Source of the DNA: a virus
Lineage: Duplodnaviria; Caudoviricetes
Reading direction: 5' to 3' (one strand)
IMG/VR virus record: IMGVR_UViG_3300012983_000038
Span: 33,240 to 97,239 of that record
DNA: 64,000 nucleotides
Part shown: positions 57,801 through 64,000 of the stretch, piece after piece
How the letters are laid out: each line of letters opens with the position of its first letter
Numbering within the stretch: position 1 is the first letter of the stretch
Translations under genes and position numbers: made by a program
Notes under the pieces: generated by a model
What the model was told of the DNA's origin: nothing
The model's database searches: none
What the model saw: the letters and a program-made list of their open reading frames with translations, nothing else

Positions 57801-57890
57801 CTATTTGTCGATTCCTAACCTGTATTTTTTGATCAATCGACATCCTTCTTTGATGCCCCATTTGACATCTTCAATGAAATTTTTCCACAT
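57801..57890 (-). CDS. Putative 29-aa small protein
   Basis: MWKNFIEDVKWGIKEGCRLIKKYRLGIDK*; A-rich leader; first ORF downstream of the promoter motif at 57956. Confidence 0.35.
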   Translation of the reverse strand: MWKNFIEDVKWGIKEGCRLIKKYRLGIDK

Positions 57891-57955
57891 ACTCTTATTT
57901 TTTTTGGTTAATATTCAAAAAATTAAAGTAACTCTCAAATAGAAAGTTACTTGGT

Positions 57956-57990
57956 CATATATAAGGGTTTCAGCGGGTGTATTACAGAGG
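57956..57990 (-). promoter_or_regulatory. Repeated phage early promoter, copy 1
   Basis: - strand CTGAAACCCTTATATATG. Confidence 0.65.
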
Positions 57991-57997
57991 CCAGGTC

Positions 57998-58032
57998 AAA
58001 AAATGCATCAGTAGTTTTACCTCCGCTGATGC
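57998..58032 (-). terminator. Intrinsic terminator
   Basis: GCATCAG / CTGATGC with A6 on its left. Confidence 0.65.
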
Positions 58033-58055
58033 CTCCAGAGTATATCTCCGACAGA

Positions 58056-58691
58056 TTACAACTTACCTTCAAGCTTATATCTGTCGTCTAATTTACCCTC
58101 GTCTTCGAGCCATTGCTCTACGAGGAGCATTGCATCTTTTACCTTTTCATCGGCGTTAGATGCCATTTTGGGATCCTCAATGTCCCACTCTGGCTCAACG
58201 AACCAGAAGTCTTCAGACGGATCCCCGTATATTACGTTCCAGTGGCGAGCTCCAACGACATACTCGCCTCTGATGCCGCTGTAAACGGCAACTATTGCGA
58301 CTAACTTCCTTCCGGAAGAGTCACAAATATAGTTCTTCGACCTGTCGATCGAAAACCATTCTGGGCATTCGTACGTTGCTAGTACTTTGCCCATTTCTAA
58401 CTCTGCCTTCACATTATCTGTGTTAACAGAGATCTTTATTTCTGACGGTAGAGTCTTTTCGAATTCTTTTACCGTCTTAATATACTCCTCAATTTTTGCA
58501 TCCAGAGGAGCTTTGGATGCCTCTACGATTTCTAAATCATAGTTGAAGACCGTAGAGGAGGTCTTTTCAACCGTTTGGTCGTACTTCTCATTTGAATCTC
58601 GGCCATTCCACTCGCTACTATAGCTTGTGGATGTCTCGCTGCCTGTCAAGACTAGGTTGACGGCAACGTAAAATACGTTATGCCATTTCAT
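58056..58691 (-). CDS. Hypothetical protein in an early cassette
   Basis: ORF (track start 58733; ATG 58691 MKWHNV also plausible); visibly higher GC than the structural genes. Confidence 0.7.
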   Translation of the reverse strand: MKWHNVFYVAVNLVLTGSETSTSYSSEWNGRDSNEKYDQTVEKTSSTVFNYDLEIVEASKAPLDAKIEEYIKTVKEFEKTLPSEIKISVNTDNVKAELEMGKVLATYECPEWFSIDRSKNYICDSSGRKLVAIVAVYSGIRGEYVVGARHWNVIYGDPSEDFWFVEPEWDIEDPKMASNADEKVKDAMLLVEQWLEDEGKLDDRYKLEGKL

Positions 58692-58792
58692 AATTTTTAC
58701 AACCTTCTTTCGATTTAAATAAACATAGAACATCGCGTCAAACGAAAGTAATTGCTTAAAGCAAATACGCTTAGTCCTTTAATTATAACTAT

Positions 58793-58826
58793 CATATATA
58801 AGGCTTTCAGAATTGTTCTAGGCGGC
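58793..58826 (-). promoter_or_regulatory. Repeated phage early promoter, copy 2
   Basis: - strand GCCGCCTAGAACAATTCTGAAAGCCTTATATATG. Confidence 0.7.
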
Positions 58827-58867
58827 AAAAAAATAATACAGATTCCATATAAATAAAAAATCTGTAT
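58827..58867 (-). terminator. Intrinsic terminator
   Basis: ATACAGATT / AATCTGTAT with an A-run on its left. Confidence 0.55.
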
Positions 58868-59076
58868 AAATTAAATTAAAAATGCGCTAGGTCTAAACTC
58901 TACTATTTGAGAAAACTCCCTTGCTAATTAGTTTTTTCGATCTTATTTTCTTAACCCGTTTGATCAGTTAGGGGATTTTTACGACTTTTCCTTGTCACTC
59001 TGGTTAGTAGGATTCCCAGAGAGCCTTTTTGTCCAACTTGGGTATGGCTTAAACCCAACACGCCTTCAGTCATGTC

Positions 59077-59364
59077 CTAGACGATTTCTACCTTCAGGTA
59101 TTTAAACCTGAAACCTTCCGGCAATGTGGTAGAACCTTCTGGGAGACGTCCGCCAACTAATTGAGCAACGTATGCAACGTCGCCCTTGGCAAGACTGACA
59201 TTAATGCGATTCATTGGTACGCCCAGAACGTTTGCAGTGTCCTGGTGTCCAATCGCAGACGTCAATCCGCTAGGCAGACTATCAACCTCAGAGATTCTTA
59301 CTTCACACGGAAGCTCAGAAATCATCTGAAGACTGAAAGCATTTAATAAAAATATGTCCTTCAT
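59077..59364 (-). CDS. acrIII-1: Anti-CRISPR ring nuclease AcrIII-1 (DUF1874 / STIV B116 / YddF family)
   Basis: 95 aa; all family motifs present: LLNAFSLQM, SAIGHQDTA (catalytic His), NRINV.L..GD..YVAQ, RLPEG..L. Confidence 0.9.
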   Translation of the reverse strand: MKDIFLLNAFSLQMISELPCEVRISEVDSLPSGLTSAIGHQDTANVLGVPMNRINVSLAKGDVAYVAQLVGGRLPEGSTTLPEGFRFKYLKVEIV

Positions 59365-59413
59365 ATTGACAATTTTATTAAATACTAAGTAAGGTTTTTC
59401 ACCCCTTACTAGT

Positions 59414-59449
59414 CATATATAAGGCGATCAGGTCCATTTCAAACGGTGA
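59414..59449 (-). promoter_or_regulatory. Repeated phage early promoter, copy 3 (drives acrIII-1)
   Basis: - strand CACCGTTTGAAATGGACCTGATCGCCTTATATATG; leader hairpin at 59385-59412. Confidence 0.7.
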
Positions 59450-59500
59450 AAATCGCTAATTCTGCCCTATTTTAGCCATTTTTATTGCAGATTCCACCAC

Positions 59501-59537
59501 AAAAAGACCAGGCTACTTATCACAAGCAACCTGGTCT
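59501..59537 (-). terminator. Intrinsic terminator with 17-nt core shared with 59611-59646
   Basis: AGACCAGG-CTACTTATCACAAGCAA-CCTGGTCT with A5 on its left. Confidence 0.7.
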
Positions 59538-59570
59538 AACAACTGAAATCATTAACAACATTCTTAATCT

Positions 59571-59606
59571 CATATATAAGGCTTTCAGTACGGTTTCAGA
59601 CGGCGA
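59571..59606 (-). promoter_or_regulatory. Repeated phage early promoter, copy 4
   Basis: - strand CGCCGTCTGAAACCGTACTGAAAGCCTTATATATG. Confidence 0.7.
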
Positions 59607-59610
59607 AAAT

Positions 59611-59646
59611 AAAAACCTCAGACTACTTATCACAAGCAATCTGAGG
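59611..59646 (-). terminator. Intrinsic terminator with 17-nt core shared with 59501-59537
   Basis: CCTCAGA-CTACTTATCACAAGCAA-TCTGAGG with an A-run on its left. Confidence 0.7.
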
Positions 59647-59722
59647 CAGTGAGATCTGTTAAATTTTATTAATTTAATGAAAGATTTTATTGAAAAAGAA
59701 TGTACAACAATTAATATTAAAT

Positions 59723-59992
59723 TTACTCTTTTTTGAACCAAATTTCACCTAATTTTCCTTTAATAGCACTAAAAAATGATCTATATCCTTTCTTCTCTAC
59801 TGTATATATCTCATTTCCGTAGTCATCTTCCTCCTCTCTATATTTGCACGTTTCTATCTCCCACATATCACTATAGCTAGAATCTCTGACAATACTAGAG
59901 AGGATTATAACTAGAAAAAACTCATAAATCAACATTACAATTGTAAAAATTGACTTAACAATGTTCTTTAGAATTGTAAAAAGTGAATCCAT
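59723..59992 (-). CDS. Small membrane-anchored hypothetical protein
   Basis: 89 aa; N-terminal hydrophobic helix. Confidence 0.55.
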   Translation of the reverse strand: MDSLFTILKNIVKSIFTIVMLIYEFFLVIILSSIVRDSSYSDMWEIETCKYREEEDDYGNEIYTVEKKGYRSFFSAIKGKLGEIWFKKE

Positions 59993-60198
59993 TAGTCTAA
60001 ATTATTTTTTAACATTTGTAAAACATCAATTAACTCACTGATAGCCTCTTTATCTAAAAAAGCTTCACTATCTCCCACTTTAATAGAAACTAGATTAACA
60101 GTACTAACATTTCCTGATTTCTTACAAGCTGAATTACTAATCTCCAAGCAATTTTTACTAGGAAAATCAAACTTATTCGCATTAATTACTACTTTCAT
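59992..60198 (-). CDS. Small hypothetical protein
   Basis: 68 aa; TAATG coupling to the downstream ORF; preceded by a promoter-motif variant. Confidence 0.6.
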   Translation of the reverse strand: MKVVINANKFDFPSKNCLEISNSACKKSGNVSTVNLVSIKVGDSEAFLDKEAISELIDVLQMLKNNLD

Positions 60199-60221
60199 AT
60201 TCTTTATTATTTAAGTTTTTA

Positions 60222-60296
60222 CACATATTAGGATTTGAGCTGGTACTAGATGAGAAATAGTAAGGAATCTGAAATCGTCTCAAATTCTTATATATG
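60222..60296. promoter_or_regulatory. Divergent pair of repeated promoter motifs (copy 5 on -, copy 6 on +)
   Basis: - strand CTCAAATCCTAATATGTG (60222-60239); + strand TCTGAAATCGTCTCAAATTCTTATATATG (60268-60296). Confidence 0.6.
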
Positions 60297-60299
60297 AGG

Positions 60300-60542
60300 A
60301 AGGATGAGTAATTCAATCCTAAACTCGACATTACAGACCGTTCCAGATTACGTAAAGTATTTTGGAATCTTAGGGGCGAGAGGACGAAGTTACCGGGTGT
60401 CTGGTTTGTAAGGTGCGCAGCAGTTCATGAATTGTATGATTTTTGAGATTTTATTTGTGAATTTTTTTTTTGAAATAAAATATTAACAATAATATTTTTG
60501 CAGGGTAATAGAAGGTGAAGAATCTTTTATTACTCTTTTTTT
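60300..60542 (+). ncRNA. Candidate ~240-nt structured small RNA (or 35-aa peptide mRNA) between a promoter motif and a terminator
   Basis: GC-richer 5' part with nested stems; only ORF is 60304..60411; terminator at 60502-60542. Confidence 0.45.
60502..60542 (+). terminator. Intrinsic terminator (+)
   Basis: AGGGTAATAGAAG / CTTTTATTACTCT + T7. Confidence 0.65.
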
Positions 60543-60549
60543 ATCGCCG

Positions 60550-60625
60550 AATTAAAAGCAGTTCTAAGAAAGTAGTCAGTAGAAATTTAAAATACTGAGA
60601 AACGATCTTGGAACTGCTTAATTTT
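60550..60625 (-). terminator. Long hairpin at the 3' end of the - strand nuclease operon
   Basis: AAGCAGTTCTAAGA / TCTTGGAACTGCTT with an inner CAGTA/TACTG stem. Confidence 0.5.
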
Positions 60626-61021
60626 TCACGAGTTATTTAATATTTTAGTGAACATTTTATCGATACCAGCTTTATCTAGTAGAAGGGAATAATTTTTGAA
60701 TATAGGTTTTTTATTCTTCCACTGTATAAAAGGTAGTCTAAAATTGTCACTATTATATAAATCCAGTCTTTTTTCTTCTGGCAGATATACAAAGAATGCA
60801 AAAGGTAATTTATTAACATCTGGAGTAAGCATAGTAATTTTATAAACTCTATAACCCTCAGCCACTTGAACTACTACTCTATCTTGTGGCAGACTAAATA
60901 GCAGCTTAATGTTTTCAATAATACCTTTAAGTTTTGACATCTCTGGTAAATCTGTTCTATAAAAGTCGGCTAAGTCTGTAACATTAGCGAACCTCATGCT
61001 TAAATAATAGATAGGTAACAT
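60626..61021 (-). CDS. Hypothetical protein co-transcribed with the SbcCD fusion
   Basis: 131-aa ORF starting 7 nt after the nuclease stop. Confidence 0.65.
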   Translation of the reverse strand: MLPIYYLSMRFANVTDLADFYRTDLPEMSKLKGIIENIKLLFSLPQDRVVVQVAEGYRVYKITMLTPDVNKLPFAFFVYLPEEKRLDLYNSDNFRLPFIQWKNKKPIFKNYSLLLDKAGIDKMFTKILNNS

Positions 61022-61028
61022 AATAATT

Positions 61029-63881
61029 TTAAGTTAATTCTATTATAGTACAACCCGAATCATTAAGTTTCAGGCTACATGATCTATTATTATTTATTTG
61101 CAAAGACTCTTGATGGCTACTAATAAACAAGCAATTTATATTCATGTTATTAATCATATCCATACAAATTTCCGCATTACCTGGACTAAGATATTTAAGG
61201 AACTCGTCTAGAATAAATAGTCCGGATTGTGGTAATATTTTGGATAGGAAGTGAATATCTAGAACTGTTTTTTGTCCACCAGAGCAAGCTTCATAACTCA
61301 CCCAATTACCGTTATTATTATATTGAGGTACAAGAGTCAAGTGAGTTTTCTTTCTATACTCTCTATTAGAAACTTCGTAATTTACCAGAGTGTCATTAAA
61401 TCTAGATACTAATTTCTCCATAACCTCTTTGTAAATAAATCCAGTAGGTCCAGTAAGTTTTATATAATCTTCTAAACTTTTTGCATAATTTAGAGTATTA
61501 TTAACTAGATTTTGAGCGATAGATAGGTCTGATTCTGCTTTTTGTTTATCTATCATGCTACTTTCCCAAATTTCCCATGCTGTAATATTGTTTTGGATTT
61601 CAGACATTTTAACAGCGAAATCATTAGGGAGAATAACTTTTTCTGGAATACCTAAAGAATTGAATTTATTGTTAAGATCTACTAGTTTATTATTAGCCAG
61701 ATTTAATTGTTCTCTAGTATTATGTTGAATATTTTTCTCAGTCAGCAGCATAGAGATTTCACTATTAGTACTATTTATTTGATTAGTAATAGAGTTATAT
61801 TCGTCTTGCTGTTGATTTACTATATATTCAAGCTCTTTTACTTCCTTACTAACTGTGCCATGTTCATTTAATTTCTCTTGTAACTGGGCATTTAGTTCAT
61901 TTTTTCTATTAGTAAGAGCATTTATTGTATTTTCATCTGGCACAATATTATTTCCGCAAGTAGGACATTTAGAGACTTTATTAGGGTCAATTTTATCTAC
62001 TTCAGCTCTTAGTCTTTTACCCTCATTGATTATTCTATTTAGTTCTGCGGATTTAAGGCTAAGTTTATCTTTTGCGCCAGCTAGATTTACGAGTTTATCA
62101 TTCAAGGAGTTTATTAGTTCTCTTTTTTGATTAATTTCAGCATCGATTAAGTTAGCGTCTCTGAATGAATTAATCTTTTGAGTCAGGTCTAATATTTCCT
62201 TGTTAGTAAATTCGATACTAGTTTGAATATTAGAAGAAGTATTACTATAGTTCATCCACAAGTTAGCTTTTTCTTGCATAATGATACCTTCTTCTTTATA
62301 CTTCATTAAATTCTCTTTTGAATCCTGAGGTAATACAATTCCATTAATCTTAGAATCGATAAACTCTATTAATCTCTCACACTCTTTTACTTTAGATATT
62401 TGAGAGGAGGATTCAATTTTGAGTTTACTAAGGAGACATTGGGCGGTATCATTATAAGTATCGATTTTATCTAATTTGAAAGCTTTAGATATAATTTCCG
62501 CTAATCTTTCTCCTGAGTTTGAGCCTATAAATTGATTGTGATCCTGGTCGTGAATTAGAACGTCAATATATTTAATGAACGGGAATCTATTTTCACAATC
62601 GGCATCAAAAGCGGGTTTATTGCTATATTTTTGAGGCTCATCGTTAATCCAAAGTCCGTAATCTTTTATATTAGTACTAGAGCTTCTTCTTAACTTATAT
62701 TTATTACCTTGATAAGAGAATTCAATTTCAGTAGTACATTTTTTAGTACCGAATTGAATGAAAGGGCTAAGAGAAGTAAGTCCACCTATTTTAGCACCAC
62801 AGAAAGCATATTTAATAGCAGAGATGAGAGATGATTTACCGGAACCATTTTCACCTACTAAAAGAATACGATCATTGTTGTTAAAATATATCTCAGCTTC
62901 TTCAATACTTCTCCAATTTTTACAGTACATCCTATGCAGAGTGAAGTTAAAATCGACCTCACCAGCATCAATATCTTTTATACTATTTAAAACATCTGTA
63001 TGAATATTCTGTAACCCTGCATTTATAATTGAATCATTAACAAGCCCTTCAATTTTATCCCATTCTGTCATTAGTCCGCCAGTTACAGGATTTATAATAT
63101 TTTCAGGCTCTTTCTTAAATACGTTAAATGTCATGATATCAGGTTTCCATCCCTCTTCTTCAATGTCACTTACGTATTGGAATTTCATTAAGTTGTTGTT
63201 AGGATTAAGATCTACTCTATCCCAAGATTTATTTACACAATCTAATACAATACCACAACTTATATCACTATCTGTCATTTTACATTTTTGAGGAATACCA
63301 ATAGACACATACTTTCCGATCTCACCTGGTCTATGTATATCACCACAAAAAGCTATATCAAACTTCGACTCATCTAATTCCTGTGATACAAAAGAGTCGT
63401 TATTAGAATAGCATATAGTAGCATGAGTAAATAAGATATCAACCTTATTATCAATCCAAGTTAGGTCAAATTCAGGTTGGTAATTATTAAAAGCTATCGA
63501 AACATTATCTATATTAACTATCGATCTATGTGCATATTTTAGATTAGGCGGTAAAATAACTCCCAAGCATGAATCAAATCTATCCTGATCTGCTACTCTA
63601 CTTGCCATATCGTGATTTCCCCATATAATCCATCCGCCTTTGAAATTTAACATGATGGCATTAAGGAAATTCCATACTTCAGATAATACAAGAGGCCCAA
63701 TAATAGACTTCTCAATAATATCTCCTGCAAATACTATATACTCACAGCCATATTTCTTACCTGCTTCAATAATATTTTTAGCAACTGTTCTACTTCCCTG
63801 ATAGAGTCTATATCTATTTGTGGGATTTCTGTGTGGATAATCGTTAATGTGAATATCCGAAACTGCTAATATCTTACTCAT
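61029..63881 (-). CDS. Fused Mre11/SbcD nuclease - Rad50/SbcC SMC-family ATPase (T4 gp47-gp46-like recombination exonuclease)
   Basis: Phosphoesterase motifs SDIH, AGD, GNHD, TH, GDIH; Walker A GENGSGKS; Zn-hook CPTC in the coiled coil; signature CSGGQ; Walker B FILDE; H-loop ISSH. Start ATG 63881 or 63896. Confidence 0.9.
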   Translation of the reverse strand: MSKILAVSDIHINDYPHRNPTNRYRLYQGSRTVAKNIIEAGKKYGCEYIVFAGDIIEKSIIGPLVLSEVWNFLNAIMLNFKGGWIIWGNHDMASRVADQDRFDSCLGVILPPNLKYAHRSIVNIDNVSIAFNNYQPEFDLTWIDNKVDILFTHATICYSNNDSFVSQELDESKFDIAFCGDIHRPGEIGKYVSIGIPQKCKMTDSDISCGIVLDCVNKSWDRVDLNPNNNLMKFQYVSDIEEEGWKPDIMTFNVFKKEPENIINPVTGGLMTEWDKIEGLVNDSIINAGLQNIHTDVLNSIKDIDAGEVDFNFTLHRMYCKNWRSIEEAEIYFNNNDRILLVGENGSGKSSLISAIKYAFCGAKIGGLTSLSPFIQFGTKKCTTEIEFSYQGNKYKLRRSSSTNIKDYGLWINDEPQKYSNKPAFDADCENRFPFIKYIDVLIHDQDHNQFIGSNSGERLAEIISKAFKLDKIDTYNDTAQCLLSKLKIESSSQISKVKECERLIEFIDSKINGIVLPQDSKENLMKYKEEGIIMQEKANLWMNYSNTSSNIQTSIEFTNKEILDLTQKINSFRDANLIDAEINQKRELINSLNDKLVNLAGAKDKLSLKSAELNRIINEGKRLRAEVDKIDPNKVSKCPTCGNNIVPDENTINALTNRKNELNAQLQEKLNEHGTVSKEVKELEYIVNQQQDEYNSITNQINSTNSEISMLLTEKNIQHNTREQLNLANNKLVDLNNKFNSLGIPEKVILPNDFAVKMSEIQNNITAWEIWESSMIDKQKAESDLSIAQNLVNNTLNYAKSLEDYIKLTGPTGFIYKEVMEKLVSRFNDTLVNYEVSNREYRKKTHLTLVPQYNNNGNWVSYEACSGGQKTVLDIHFLSKILPQSGLFILDEFLKYLSPGNAEICMDMINNMNINCLFISSHQESLQINNNRSCSLKLNDSGCTIIELT

Positions 63882-64000
63882 GATAAATTGTCTCATGGAA
63901 ACCCACTACTTTAGTTGTGGGAGGAATTGAGACTCGATTCCCTCTTTTGATTAGAAATATAATATTAATTATCACTTTTTTATTTAAAATCCAGACTACC

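Noticed and set aside
59595-59604. Perfect Neisseria DNA uptake sequence (GCCGTCTGAA on the - strand)
   Set aside because: Single copy that is part of the upstream box of the repeated promoter motif; no other copies seen
59501-59646. Mini CRISPR array (two repeats plus spacer)
   Set aside because: Only a 17-nt core repeats, it is embedded in terminator hairpins, and the 93-nt interval contains a promoter; does not fit repeat/spacer geometry
59520-59741. 73-aa - strand ORF from the track
   Set aside because: Runs through a terminator, a promoter and a second terminator; most likely spurious
60375-60400. Hammerhead ribozyme (GAGGACGAA resembles stem II/GAAA)
   Set aside because: No CUGAnGA core upstream and the GAAA is incomplete

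Overview
AT-rich segment of a large contractile-tailed (myovirus-like, probably jumbo) phage genome. It uses the standard genetic code. The host is inferred to be Bacteroidota, from mostly SD-less AT-rich translation starts, TAnnT(A/T)TG-type promoter boxes and Bacteroidota-phage-style fibre modules. Positions 1-57.3 kb form a co-oriented + strand virion module. It contains glycine-zipper proteins sharing an R-Q-K-x-F-S-like motif, two divergent tail-sheath paralogs, neck proteins and a 2419-aa tube-like protein carrying 7 tandem NlpC/P60-type amidase domains, of which only the first keeps the catalytic Cys. These are followed by the tail tube, chaperone pair, tape measure with tail lysozyme, baseplate genes and a T4-T-like holin. 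A large fibre/receptor-binding cluster follows, whose proteins carry recurring N- and C-terminal motifs that look like complementary docking elements. After convergent terminators at about 57.35 kb comes a - strand array of promoter-gene-terminator cassettes built on a repeated CTGAAAGCCTTATATATG motif, one of which encodes an AcrIII-1 (DUF1874) ring nuclease. The window ends with several candidate structured ncRNAs and a natural Mre11-Rad50 (SbcD-SbcC) single-chain fusion. All assignments come from reading motifs by eye; no database searches were run.
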